Assembly: GCF_001186125.1 (NCBI RefSeq)
Contig: NW_014040016.1
Span: forward strand, 24,744 to 62,008
Reading direction: 5' to 3'
DNA from: Sphaeroforma arctica JP610
Lineage: Eukaryota
Length of the DNA stretch: 37,265 nt
Of the stretch, positions 12,297-30,064 are shown in pieces; the stretch's first letter is position 1, and the number at the start of each line of letters is the position of its first letter. A program made the translations under genes and the position numbers. The notes under the pieces were generated by a model. It did not search any database. It was not told the DNA's origin and saw only the letters and a list, made by a program, of their open reading frames with translations.

Positions 12297-14051
12297 TCAC
12301 GGCTGGCCTGCCGATAGTGGTGTGTGCTGACCTATTTGAGTGTACAGCCAGTTAATAGACTCTGCCTCACCGAGCTTTGCCTGCTGCATAGCGCTCTGAC
12401 CTTGCAGGTGGCCAACGTTCTGGGTCCCGGTCTGTTGTGTGTAATTATTCAACCACAGCGGTTCGTTCAAGCTGTTTTGAGCAATATGTTGCTGGTACAA
12501 ACTCATATGACTCAGGTTGAGGGGCGATTCAACCGTACTCGCATATCTCGAAACGCAGTTCAATTCTGCTATGTCAGCATTAATGTTAGACTCGAGTTGT
12601 GCGACCCCATTAGGGCTCGGATTTTGATCTGTGGATGGTGCCGCCATAAGCCCCTGTGATCCGATTGATACATTGCTTTGACGACCTGATGATACCTCCT
12701 GCTGCCCGGAATTCACTAAGCCCGGGAATTGAATCGGCTGAATAGGCATCGGTTGCGTACTGCAAAACAAAACGAGGGAATCGCGAGTTAGTTCTCAAAA
12801 AGTTTTTTTCTGTCTACTGTAAAATTTAGCAAGCGCTGCAGTTTGATCGTGATTTAGTAATAAAACAGTTTGTTTGCTGAGTATCATCGCACGCGCTATG
12901 CCGCTCGTTGCATTAACACAAGCTATGATACAGTAGTATAACTGTAAGTTGTGCACAAATCGTAAAGGATAACATACCTCGAAAAACTCGACATCATGGT
13001 CGTGAAGTCAGTGTTCAATGAATGACTACCCGGTGATACAATCGGCGGGAATCCATTAACGTATCCTGATGCCTGTTGGTTGAACAATGACGTCTGTTGC
13101 AAATTAGAAGGCAGCATATTCCTAAGATATGACAGCGCTAGATATTGAGACTGCATCTCCAGTGGATCATTCTGTACCGTGTGTAGAAATACAAATGGCA
13201 GACTTCATAAGTTACGATGTTTTTTTTGAACTGAAGAAAGATAAACACATTCTTCTCATAGCAGATAAGCTATAGTCATTAAACGGTTATAGCTCATAGT
13301 TCCTCTACTCACAGTGCATACTCAACATAGTATTTGCAACGGATATTCATAGCGGACACTCAACATAATATTTTAGTGCTCGTACCTGAAGTCCTAAGTG
13401 GCGAACAAAATTCTCGAAGCTCGGCGATCCGATATCAAAATTAACATCCGGTGCTTCACTTTGAGAGGATTTTACACCTTCACCCACACACATACTACCA
13501 CGCGCTGAAGTAGCTGTCTGTTGAGTACTAGCCATTCTAGCGCCGATTCCTGCCCCTATCTGAGTTCCGTTTACCAGTGGACTGCTCGTAGCCGCTGGAA
13601 TTCCTTCTGGTTTATTTGTGCGAATACTAATTGCCCGAGGACGATGTACGACCGCCTTTTTCTTTCTGGGAGTCTGAGGCATTCCGTTGTGCTTGCGCTT
13701 CTTATGTGTACGCATGCACGAGTTGTTGGTGTAGAACCTTCCACATCCAGGAACATCACACTGGACACTGCGATCTATGTCTTTGAACTTGCGGCGCACA
13801 CGCTTCGGCTTTTCAACTCCACCACTTGTTTGTGAAGCGAGTCCAGCTGGATCACTCGTATTTGAAGCGAGTTGTTTGTTGAATATGCCTGTTGTTGTTC
13901 CTATAGTCTGGATCATACCTAGTTCCATTTTCTGGATACTTTGATCAACTGCATTGTAATCAAACATTTGAACGTGCGATCCATTTAACGTGTTGGGCAG
14001 ATTTAGATGGTCTTCTGGGACTGCCATTGGAATTGTCACTGGAATTGCCAT
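12297..14051 (-). CDS. Single C2H2 zinc-finger transcription factor with Gln/Ser/Asn-rich low-complexity C-terminus; ~440 aa
   Basis: Exons 14051-13386, 13171-12978 and 12759-12297 are phase-consistent. The finger is KRVRRKFKDIDRSVQCDVPGCGRFYTNNSCMRTHKKRKH (C-x4-C-x12-H-x4-H), followed by an NLS-like PRKKK. The start is uncertain because a possible acceptor near 14078 could add an upstream exon. Confidence 0.75.
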
Positions 14052-14790
14052 ATTGTTCGATGACAAAGATTGGATACTATAGCAGAATCAACACTGTTTC
14101 TGTGATCAGAGATTCAAGATAAAGCACGTTGTGAGAACATGCCAATATGAGGTGGATTAGCTATAGCTGTCGATATATAACTTGCTATGAGATGCGTGGT
14201 GATGCATCATCTCTCGATGATGATTTTACTGATGATGTAATGCCTAGTAGTAAATATTATAGCTCATCTTTTAGTTCCAGCTTTTTAGTCCACATGCATT
14301 TTAGTTTTTCTAGTTGCCTGCTCCAATACGATGTAACTGATTAGGGATAGCCGGAATAATAATTGGTGGCACTAAAATAGTAAATTCCAAGTCCAATCAC
14401 TTAATCGGATTCGATTTTGATTTTGAATTGCATAAAATCGGTTTTAACCCTATTCTAAAACTCACATAAACATCCCAGGGCAGAGGCCAAAGAGTGCCGA
14501 CTGCCGAGAGGTGTAAATAGAGATGGGGGTGTTTCTGGTTTCCCTCTGTCGTTCGAGTATTCTCGACGATACGGTTTATTTCGATAAATTTTGAAGGTAC
14601 TCCTTGGTCATGACGCCCTAATTTAGTCAATATTTTGAGTTACTTTACAATGCGTATTTTCAATATGTATTCGCTACAATTCGCTTTCGCTACGATTCGC
14701 TCTCGACGATACTACTGTTGAACAAATTTGCAGTAGAATTTTACCTGGAAGGTAGAAGATTACAAGACTAATTGTTCATATATCATTTGT

Positions 14791-16922
14791 CTAGCTTGTA
14801 GTCAGCATCTCAGGGGTGTGATGTCCAGCGTCGCCCATACCTGTTAGTTGTACACGACCGTCCGCATAGATGTCCACCTATGTGATACAACAATCGACAA
14901 TACGGAAAGCTTAATGGATGTTAACTACGCAGCGCAATAATTCATGGTTGTTTTATTTTAATGAAAACCTTAGTCAAACAATGTACAGATAGACTCAGAA
15001 CTTTGCCGGGTTCCATACGAAAAACTGGCCACAATTTCACAAGCATGAGCATGATTGCACAGCATACCTTAGATATGCTACAGTTTATAAGGGAGAACTT
15101 GGACCATAGCTCCGGTGGGAACTGCATCGCTCGCATGGCGAAGTACCTGATAACATTCGCGTGGCATACGATCAATATTTGCCTGTCGTCGATTTCACTC
15201 GTGTCCGGCCGTCTGAAAAACTTTCTATATGCAGCCTCGATCCGAGCACCTGTGATAAAAATATTAAGATATATATTATTAGTTATGTTTCTAAATTTTA
15301 TTCGTGTCACCGCCACAGCCACAGAAGTAAATGTTTCAAAGAATCGAAAACATTTTGGCCAAGGGAATTAGTTCGTTGCAGCATATTTTCTATTTTCTCT
15401 AGATGGTCATAGAATATCAAGTGAGGCTACATTCATATATTTCGGGAGAGAGACGCTAATATAATCTTCCTCAAGCTCCAGTTTAACACTGATGTTTTGT
15501 GTTGGTATACTTACCATCTTGATAAAAATCGGCAGCTGTGGGTCTCCACCTAGCACCACTGGTGAGAGGGATGTCTGGAGCGCCTTCGCGTAGCATTGTA
15601 CAAACACTTTTTTCTGGCCAGGCAGTCACCAGTACCTCTGTTTCACTCCTAGCTTTCTGTGCTATATTGTGCTGATCGTATATGATCTCACAGGTCTCTA
15701 GCGCTCGTGTCATATTGCTGTGGCAAAGTCGGATTCTCATTAGACAGAAGTCGATTTTTGCTAGACTGAGACAGGAGTCGATTTTTGCTAGAGACATCAA
15801 GAAAAAAAATCCGGATAGATAGTAAAACACGCTCAAAGTGATAAGTGTTACATCACGGACTAGATGCGCCTAGATGCGCTCCTCTAACCTTACCTCACAT
15901 ATACCTCGTCGAATACGAAAGGAAGCTCGTTCAGTCGCTTCCCCTGTTGCAGAGTGTACAGAAATAAGTATTTTGAGAATTTTGAGCCAATCTCAGTGAA
16001 AGAAGTTGCTGCAGAACGAAAATAGAAGTATAATCGTACAATGAACACCGAGTATAAGAAAGAAAACAACATTGCGGGTCGATGGAGAATTACCAAGTTT
16101 TATTGCAAGCGCCAGCACAACATAACACAATCGTGGCACTATGGGAAGACAGATTTAAAACATAAAACGAACATACCACCGAGGCTGCTTGAAGTCTACC
16201 CAAGGCCGTCAGATGACGGTCTTTATCGTCATCGGCTTTCTCGTACTGCAAAAAAAGGACACGTTTGAATGTAGAACGGCGCGAACAAAAATCAGCAACA
16301 GCATCTCGAAAATAATTTGAGATAGAAGCATGCGGGCAACGCAAAGACACAAGTTGCCTTTTGTCGGAGAATGCAAAGCCACAAGTTGTGTTTGGTCCGA
16401 GGTTTGGTCCGAGGTTTGAATGGACACACCACCGTTTATGTAGAGTAATACGCAATAGAAGGTATTCAAGAGTATCGGGGTAATAGCAAATGCAGGTACT
16501 TATACTATCAGATCTACTGCAGTCTGTAGGTACCCGTCCGTGTCGGATAAAAAAAATATATTGCAACTGCGGGTACTCGTATCAACAGGCCAACTGTAGT
16601 TTGTAAGTACCTGTCCGTGTCGGATCAGATAAATCGAGCGCTTGCTCATTTGTATATCTTTTACTGGGGGTGTATCCCCTCTCTTATCCCAGTTGTTGTC
16701 CCACTGTACATTGTAGGTCTGGGGTGTCTTGTACTGCTTTGGTGGCAGCTTGTCCGTCTTCTCGGACGCTTTATCATTTGTATTTTTGACATTTGTGTTT
16801 AATGTTTCTGGTTCGTTGGGGTCTATTTTGTTTTTCGCGGATCGCAGGGCAGCTATTTCGGCTATTCCTAACACCGCCACAGCAGCTGTGCCTATTATCG
16901 CAGCAACCCTTCTTCTTAGCAT
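14791..16922 (-). CDS. PGAM5: Mitochondrial Ser/Thr protein phosphatase PGAM5 (histidine phosphatase superfamily); ~300 aa
   Basis: Exons 16922-16611, 16245-16177, 15943-15894, 15717-15515, 15249-15068, 14877-14791. Features are an N-terminal TM (VAAIIGTAAVAVLGIA), the WDxNWD motif (WDNNWDKR), catalytic LIRHGQY, LTALGRLQA, SNMTRALET, LREGAP, FYQDGARIEAAY, IVCHANVIRYF, RAMQFPPE and GDAGH. Confidence 0.93.
16482..16626. repeat. Degenerate tandem duplication (77-bp period) of the PGAM5 exon 1 end and donor site
   Basis: On the minus strand, atccgacacggacag|gtacttacaaactacagt...agtacccgcagttgc is repeated as atccgacacggacgg|gtacctacagactgcagt...agtacctgcatttgc. Confidence 0.8.
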
Positions 16923-17829
16923 GCTAGTAAAAATAATAGACACCGTTTTGTATACTTTATACGCATACAAACACACACGTTTCTATGTATACTTTATATT
17001 TACATACACGCACGCGCACACGAACACACGCACGTTTTCTGTCGATGCGTATAACGTCTTGTAAAATATTTATTTACAAATTGCTGTCTAATTTAAGGCT
17101 ATGAAATTACATGTTTGTATTTTTTTTTGTATTTTGCTGTGCAATGAAAAAACAATACGCACTGAGAGAGGCTATTCCATCATCTAATAAAAAATATTAA
17201 AATTCTGTAAAAACATGCTAAATACATACAATCTACAAACATAAATATTACATACATACTGTAAATATATACTGAGATTACTACTTACATATCGAGATTG
17301 CTACTTTTGTAATACACTGTGCGAGTTTAATGCGATTACAATAATCCAATAATCTATCTCACGACGTATAACTACAGTCTGTCTAACGTTCAAGAACGAT
17401 GTATATATGAAATATTTAAAAATACATAATTTAAAATTTATTAGTATACGGATATTCTATATATGTATTGATTTTATTCATACTTTAACATATTTATACA
17501 AATGTACTTTGAAAAATGTATAGATAATTATTTATACATGTTCTAACATGTGTGTATCTATGAATATACATTTACCTCTATGAATATATGTGTACCTTTA
17601 TACTATCTCATATTTAGGTAAATAAATGTCTGCATTGTATCTTGATTAGTCCCAACGATATATCGGTCACCAACGTACACGTAGATCGTAATCTACATTG
17701 CATTGTATCTCGTTTAGTCAGTCAACAATGTATACGTAGATTTTAATATATGCAAATACGCAGGAATACTTTTATGCTAAAATTTTAATCGGTTGTAAAC
17801 ATAGTTAGCTTCAACTATACGACACAAGA

Positions 17830-17925
17830 TTTATGTATATATAAATATATAAATATATATATATATATATAAATATAAATATACATAAATACATATATAC
17901 ATGTATTATACACGTTATATTTATG

Positions 17926-18004
<79 letters not shown>

Positions 18005-18093
18005 TATATATATATATAAGTATAATATATATATATATANNNNNNNNNNNNNNNNNNNNTATATATATATATATNTATGTATATATGTGTATG

Positions 18094-18130
<37 letters not shown>

Positions 18131-18135
18131 ATATA
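17830..18135. repeat. (TA)n microsatellite with a short N gap, intergenic
   Basis: Directly visible. Confidence 0.95.
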
Positions 18136-18547
18136 GATAGAAATGAAAGATATGTATAATGAATCTCACTTGTTTAGTTCAAGCTGAAGTCTACGTTTGT
18201 GGTATTGCCTTCTGTAACAAAGAATTATTTTCTCATAATTACAGTATATTCAAACATGTGAATAAAAACCAGATCATATCGATACACCCGTTGCAGGTTT
18301 GGACACTATTAACAAGCATATCGTCATGTCACAGACTGTAGTGTAGACGGTGTATTTACTCTCATAAGCTTAATGGTGGGATGCGTAGCATAGATAAATC
18401 AATAGTGAGTTGATAATTTAGATTCTCGTGGCCCACAAACAGCCTTTAAAAAACGAACAACAAAGATTTTAATACTAACTTTAATGGATTCTTTCTTCCA
18501 TAGATCAAAATTACTTAACAGTCACTGACTAAAAAGCGATCTCAATC

Positions 18548-22789
<4,242 letters not shown>

Positions 22790-23270
22790 AGTTGCGCGTG
22801 TACTATCCCTAAGCAAAGCCCACTGCTGTAGACTACTAAGTACTATAATAGTGTGAGACGCTTAATTATCTCTCCTCTTGTTATCTTACTAGAAATAAAT
22901 AAATTTTTTTACAATTTTTTTTGGTGATATAGACAGTATGAAATGTATATTCACACCGATTGAACATTAGTACATAACTAGTTCTATTTATAGAATTCGG
23001 GTTGGCTGACAATCTGCCGACTGGCCGCCATAGTAAATAAATATGCGTTTCGGGCTGCGACACTTTTTTTGGGGTAGAATAGAATAATGGTCAATGAATG
23101 ATGTAAAAATATGTAAAAGTCTTCATGTTTGTGTGTATTTATGCGTAATTGTGTATGTCAACTAGAGGCACTATATTGTCTATTTTTGAAATCATAACCA
23201 ATTCTTAATAATTACTTAAATTCCACAGTAGGAGGCTACACGGGTCAACCAGTTTTTGTTGGCAAACAAT
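22790..23270. promoter_or_regulatory. Putative bidirectional promoter region (S6K / PFDN4)
   Basis: 481 bp between divergent start codons. Positional inference only. Confidence 0.45.
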
Positions 23271-25058
23271 ATGGCGGTATGTTAGTCGGTATTGAGAGTG
23301 TATTGTTAAGTACGTGCGCAATTTCTTTTTATTGTATGTACAGAGATATTTGCCTACATCTTGCTTCCACCTACGTCAAAGCGATTTTTTCACATTGACA
23401 AATGAAATATTTCAGAACTTCTATCGGAATGCTAAATGTTTGCGATTTTTTGTTTTTACTTGAACGCCAGGTACTTACATACCAGTAGAAGTTGGTGTTT
23501 ACCCTTCCAATTATGTCTATAATTCTTTTGAACGCGAGAAATATAATTATCTCGATTGTTCTTATGGGCCGCTGAAATGATTCGCTATCACACTCTACAG
23601 TGCTTTGTATTTATGTGAACTCAACATGTATAAATATATTATAGTTACAATGCATATTAGCACACCTTTGAGTTCACATATCTAAGATCGNNNNNNNNNN
23701 NNNNNNNNNNATAGATATATATATGTGTGTGTGTATTTATATCTATAGATACATATGCATATGTGATGTCTACAAAGTATATATATATATAATAAGTATA
23801 TATTGTATGCATATTGTATGTTTACGTATTCATATGGTCTGTATATGCATATATCGACCATTTTAGTTTCGCATGAAATAATATAGCTGACTCTTTATGC
23901 TGAGTAAGCTTTTGTTTGTGCTTTTGTATTTCGTATTAATTTGGACTTAAATGCCAGACTAAGATATTGGACGGTGCCATTAGAGTGAACCGATTTTCTG
24001 GTATCTGCGGTGCACTAAATTTGGGTATAAATTTACTATGTAGGTATCGAAAATATACTTCTGCTTAGGTATACATCTGCCTCAATCTGTGACTTTGATG
24101 TGGATCAGTTCTGCTCCATTTGAAATATTGTTGATGTGGATCAGTTCTGCTCCATTTGAAATATTGTGTCCTCACCTGTCGCCGCCACCCATAAGTGCAC
24201 ACACGTTACAACATCGAGCGTGCTTAGTGTTACTGACACATATCCTGACATCTACAGGCAACGGAGCAGGCAGAGGTGGAAGTGACGTGGGAGGATCAGC
24301 GAATGATAAACACCTTCAGTCGCTTGACTTCAAACATGAGTGACTTGGAGAAGGATTTGGAAGTGAAAACAGTATGTTCTTGTCATCGGCGTGTTATTTT
24401 CAGTAGCGTTACATGTTGTATTGTTGAGTATAGTGATACTGCTCGATTGATTTAGTAAGAGGTGTTAAAGACATAAGGGATGTTCGTTTCACATTCCGAT
24501 CAATTTGCACTCCGCGTTTTATTTTCTTTTTCTTGTTCGGCTATGCTACTCTAGTCGCGTTGGCTGATAAATTGTGTTTACTCCAATTAATAGCGCCAGA
24601 AGAAAAACCTGGAAGATGCTGAGAGCGATCTGATGATGATAATGGATGACGAAGAGCTTGTGCCTTTCCGGATAGGCGATGTATACATCGAGGTGTCCCA
24701 GTCAGACGCGACAGAGAGATTAGAATATATACAGGTTAGCATGGCTAGCAGATTCCAGTTTAGGACTGGAATATTGCACTCTCATTCTAGTCATCGACCT
24801 AATATCTGTGGCTTGTTTTTGAACGCGTTTGTTGACCCGCTTTACTGATGCTAAACCGTTGCTTTCATTTTTGAGATCGGACATATTGAATATAGTCAAG
24901 TTTATACTGACGCTGTGATTTCCCTGCTACAGATGCAACTTAACGAGGACACTGAGGCTGTGGAAGAAAAGATGACGAGTATCAGAAAAGAATTGACGAA
25001 ATTGAAAACACAACTCTACGGCAAGTTTGGAAACAACATCAATCTGGAAGCTGATTAA
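23271..25058 (+). CDS. PFDN4: Prefoldin subunit 4 (Gim3); ~128 aa
   Basis: Exons 23271-23276 (ATG GCG|gtatgt, inferred), 24258-24371, 24594-24734, 24933-25058. Motifs are VEVTWEDQRMINTFSRL, LEDAESDL, VPFRIGDVY and the terminal LYGKFGNNINLEAD*. Confidence 0.92.
24095..24166. repeat. Perfect 36-bp tandem duplication in PFDN4 intron 1
   Basis: ttgatgtggatcagttctgctccatttgaaatattg occurs twice head to tail. Confidence 0.95.
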
Positions 25059-25615
25059 AAATGATCTACATTATTTCAATGGTTTCAGGAATGCACATCT
25101 TCGGTAGTTTACATCATTCAAGCACGCGTGTCATAATCATTCAAAATCCGCCGTTGCGGTGTGCTCTTATATGTATCTAGTTTGACCTATCAATTCGGCA
25201 ACGGTCTGCAGGATATTTTTGGCAACAACAAATTATCGGGTGCAGATGGATTTAAAGATTCTGTGGTAAATATATGGTCATTGTATGATTACTGGAGGTC
25301 TCCTTGCATCACAGGAAGATGTGCTCAGCATTGGAGATATCTTGCCTATCTTCAAGCTAGTGAAATCTGGGACATTTGACTTTTTATGGATTTAATTTTA
25401 CCCTGGCACGAAATTGTCCTACGCGTCCCGATCTGGGCGAGAACACTGGTATCAGCCATGCTTCCAAAACAACAGTTGCACCACTGCGGCTTCTCGAATA
25501 GAAGTGGGCCAATGAAAGGCCCAAAACTATTCACAGTGAAACCATTCAGTGTGCCCTTCAGTTACCGACAGCCCCTCATCGGCTATTATGGATGAGTCTA
25601 GCGCATCAGGCATGG

Positions 25616-28600
25616 CTATGCTTCGGTTTTTTTGTTCTTCGTATCGATTTGTCTGAAGCTATTAATCATCGTTTCTCGCTGGGTTTTGTTGTACGTAGGG
25701 TTCCGTTCTACCGCAATCGTCACCTGTGGGCCAAAACAGAATTAGGGTGAGACAAACTTGTCATAGTTTTCCTGTTCGACAATACCGATTTGTTCTACAA
25801 CATGAATAGACGCATTATTAGTATGGCGCTCTAAAGATGGGCAGTTATCTACAAGCTCCACGTCAAATGTTGTACTCACCTTGGACATCAAATTCTGCAG
25901 CCACACTTTCTCTTTTTCGTCGAGATCACCCTCGACCTCTTCTGCATCACTGCTCACTCCCTGTCCCGAGTTGGGCCAGAATATGGTTGAGAGACCATCG
26001 AGTTGAAAAACGAAGAGGTCATGAAGTAGGTCACAGCATTATTATTTTGATATCTCCGAACTTGATACACGGTTTCATATAAGTAAATGTATCAGACATG
26101 AACTGAATTCTATGGTTCAATAAAAGTGTGATCATCACAAACTTTCTCACAGACCATACTTGCACCTATAGACATCTCGATATCCGACTAAATGTTTCAC
26201 AGATATGCAAATACTTGTAGAATATTTATCAAATCATAAAATCAGGTATCAGATTACATTTTTCTCTCGTAGGTTTGTGTTCGGCTAGCAGAACAATATT
26301 TCGAACTTGCGCTGTACGCCAAGAACTGTATGTCGATTCCATGACAGGAAATAAATATCATTATTGAATGCTAGTATCTTTGACATACATGTACATATAC
26401 ACGTTCGCAAACAGCTATGTGCTCAATTGGAGATCGCCAAAACTCGATGCAGATGTGCTCAGCGTAGAATCAACCATAATAACTAAGCATACTTCGTAGT
26501 AAAATGTCCCCGCCAAAGAAGATATAACTGGCCTGCGACAAAACTGCCGACACTTGCATATCGGTATTCGATTCACTACGACAATAAGTCGCAAGGTATA
26601 TTCAGACATGCGTCCTAGCTATAAATACATATATGTAAATTTCAGTAAACATATTGATTTAACCTATACCACATTACATATGAAAATATACAAAATATCA
26701 AATTTAGTGTAGACAAATACACACTTTTTATAGATATAAATATAAATTTACAAAATCTAAATCTAAATCTGAATCTACAACTACCTATATACGTATGTAT
26801 ATGAATATATATATATATATATATATATGCAGATAGATAGATAGATAGATAGATCGACAGATAAACATATATATATATATAGCCTACCTCGACTAATTCG
26901 GGTCGAGGCTTGGGTTTAGGACGCTCAGGCTTTGGTATTTGATTGTGCTGCTCCTTTGCAATCTTGTTCCAATCAGGCACCCAGCCATCTTCGTCCTCAG
27001 AGGCGTATTTTTTTAGTTTTCTGGCTGTTGTGGAGAAGCGCAACAAAATGAGGGGTTTATCACGCATACTTGTGTCATTGAAAGCAAAAAAAGTACAGAC
27101 AATGAAAGTAGAATGAGCGCCGGAATAAGTATTGATCGACTCGTATAAGACTTGAAGTTCTACACACCAGTTGGACTGATAAACCTATTCTTGGAAGGCA
27201 CGTCCAATGTCTTGAAGATTGAGTCTGGTTCTATCTTCTCCTTCTCTACCTTTCCGCTCAAAAGATCGGAAAGAAAATCCTGCCCTCCTTCGACGTCAGC
27301 TTTCTTTGAAAATATAGCTGTCTCTAGGATATCCTGCTCTTCGTTACTAGCTTTGCTTGGCGATCTTTTGGAAGCGTTTGATAATTTTTTATCTTCATCC
27401 AGCATGGATGCCAAAAGATTGATCGCTGAATTTGTATGTGACAAATTCAAATTCATGAGTTGTTGCTTGTGTCGAGGATTCAGTTATTGTTAACATATCG
27501 AGGTAACCAGATATAAAAATTGCAAATGAAGCTTGAAACACACCTCCATCATCTTCATTATCGCCCTCTTCAGTTTTGAACGCACCTACGTACACGACCA
27601 ACAAGAAAAAATAATATGAGAAATCGAAAAGCACATAAACATAAATATAAATATGATATATAAATATAAATATGATATATATATATATTATACATACAAT
27701 ATATATATATATATATAAGTATATGTATTTTATTTTTATATATATATGTATATATATATATGTGTGTGAGTATATATATATACATATAGAAATACAAACA
27801 CAGACATAAAAGTTTACATGCATACATAAATTCATAAATACATACGTACGTACGTACATACATACACACATATATACATGTACATATATATATATATACA
27901 TTTATACGTTCATATCTATATAAATACATATACATAGACATACATAGACATACATATATATATATATATATGTATGTGTGTGTTTGTGCTCGAGTGAGTG
28001 AGTGATGTGTGTGTGCGTGTGTATGTGTGTGAAATAATAAAGATCAGATCTGTTTAACGTCAACCAATATTGTTTTATGACAAGAGTAATTATGCATAGG
28101 TATTTTTAGACTTTCACATCCAATTTTGTAAATGTACTCATTATGTAGCTCAAAGTCTGCAGAAAGGTATTGTTGGCAAATCTATGCACATATATGAATA
28201 CAGAATCACATACGTATTCGATAGCTAGTCTGCAAAGGAGTGTATGCAAAAAAACCCCAACTGGACCTAGATAGATACAAACGTTTACATTAAAAGAAGA
28301 GACACATGAACAAACAGTAGACGAAACGTCTTGCCCGCTTCCAATTGCTCTAGAATCGTATCCGCCTATTGATTGCGTCGTATAACATCACCTGTCGAAG
28401 AGATTTTCGGCGATACTTTGGTCGAGCCGGCCGATTTGGAGTTACTATGACTGTTTTCCAGCATGGCTGTTAGCATATCCATAGCTGTAAGTGATGATTT
28501 TTGGTGTGCATTTAGGTAGGTGTCATATGTAGGAGAGTGAATGACAGAATATATATTTCACTTTCCGTCACAAAAACAAGAATCTCGTATCGTAATCAGG

Positions 28601-29321
28601 CGCTAATATCTCGCATGACTAATGAACTCACCTCCATCAGTGGAGTCTTTGTCTTTTGCGCCTTTATCTTCACCTGAAAAAGGGATAGAACCACCAAAAA
28701 AATTGAGTCGGCATTGTGATCCAGTGCCGCCCCAGCCAAATAGCGTGTATGTTATCACTAAGGCACATGGTGGATAAGAAAAAGTGTACCCCCTGAGTCA
28801 ACTCCCTCTCTGACGAAGGGGCCTTCTGGCCGTCGCTAGGGGGCCACAAACCAAATATATGGAAAATCATACAAAACTGGTCAACGAATATCTCACACCG
28901 GAGTTTCTAAATATGTTAAAGTGGACGCTCCTCAAATCTACACTACAATAACTATACACATGATTGCATGATAGTACATGATCATTGCTTAAACCCCTTG
29001 AAACTGTACACTTAAGACGAATGCATAAACGTATGAAAAAAATACACATATAGGCTCTCAAGTATATATACCATTCATACGATATAACACATGCAATCCT
29101 GTATTGACCTGTATTGAGATATACACATAGCTGCCAACGATTTGAAATTGCATCATAACAAGTACAAGACCACAGAACAGACACTACACAGTGACCCCAA
29201 AGTGACCAAACTTAATCAACTATGCTATTCATCTATAACAAATGTATATAAGTATCTATATATCTATATCTAAATCTAAATCTATATATATGTGTGTGTG
29301 TGTGTATGTATATGTATATAC

Positions 29322-29355
<34 letters not shown>

Positions 29356-29432
29356 ATGTGTGTATGTATATGTATATACATACATATATATAAATATATA
29401 TATATATAAATATATAAATATATATAATATAC

Positions 29433-29470
<38 letters not shown>

Positions 29471-29608
29471 GTTTGTGTGCGTGCGTGTGTGTGTGTGTGT
29501 GTATAGATATAGATGATATATATATATATATAGATGTGTGTGTGTCAATGTGTGTGTGTATATATATGTGTAGTAGTGTGTTGTTATAGTAATATAGTAT
29601 ATACTATA

Positions 29609-29654
<46 letters not shown>

Positions 29655-30064
29655 ATAACTGTTCGCTGTTTTTGAGCATCGAACATACGTTAGTATTGAT
29701 ACCAATTTCTGAACCCCTACGTGCATAAGACGGAATTATGAATAAAACAATTGGTACTTCTATAACTATCGTTGTATATTTCTATGATTATCCATATCCA
29801 ACGGAGACCAAGGGTCTCGTAACAAGTAAGAAGTAAGTGACAAATGTGCTCTTCTGGATTTTAACTTTTATGCAGTATGATATCTTCACAAGAAGTCCAC
29901 AAGACAAAGATACGCTTCGTGGAACCCACTGTTGTATATAAAACAAATGCACTCACTATACCTTCTTTGCCTGTAGTTAGAGTTCGGATTGATGAACGGC
30001 AGCGGCAAGTGTTTATGGCCAACAGGCCACGTGCCTGCATTCGCGGACCGCACCTTAATAACAT
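25616..30064 (-). CDS. Predicted mitochondrial protein, probable divergent mitoribosomal mS31 (MRPS31)-like; ~287 aa
   Basis: Exons 30064-29962, 28673-28632, 28484-28392, 27585-27544, 27425-27168, 27024-26888, 25960-25880, 25723-25616 are phase-consistent. The presequence MLLRCGPRMQARGLLAINTCRCRSSIRTL is Arg-rich. The C-terminus LQNLMSKVTIAVERNPTYNKTQRETMINSFRQI aligns without gaps to the remembered MRPS31 core [33 protein letters not shown]. The gene model is well supported but the family call is tentative. Confidence 0.55.
27640..28030. repeat. TA/TG/CATA low-complexity tract, intronic
   Basis: Directly visible. Confidence 0.9.
29240..29660. repeat. TA/TG compound microsatellite, intronic
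   Basis: Directly visible. Confidence 0.9.

Noticed and set aside
14341..14621. ttaggg...ccctaa ends suggesting a hAT-type MITE
   Set aside because: The inverted match is only ~7 bp and there is no 8-bp target-site duplication.
17901..18169. YI/IY-rich ORFs here and at 4-219, 5543-5810, 21467-22042, 27395-27941, 29233-29728, 32344-33300
   Set aside because: Translations of (TA)n/(TG)n microsatellites, apart from one real 42-nt exon at 27585-27544.
25161..25595. Two short ORFs between PFDN4 and the mS31-like gene
   Set aside because: They lie in the convergent 3' UTR space and show no motif or exon structure.
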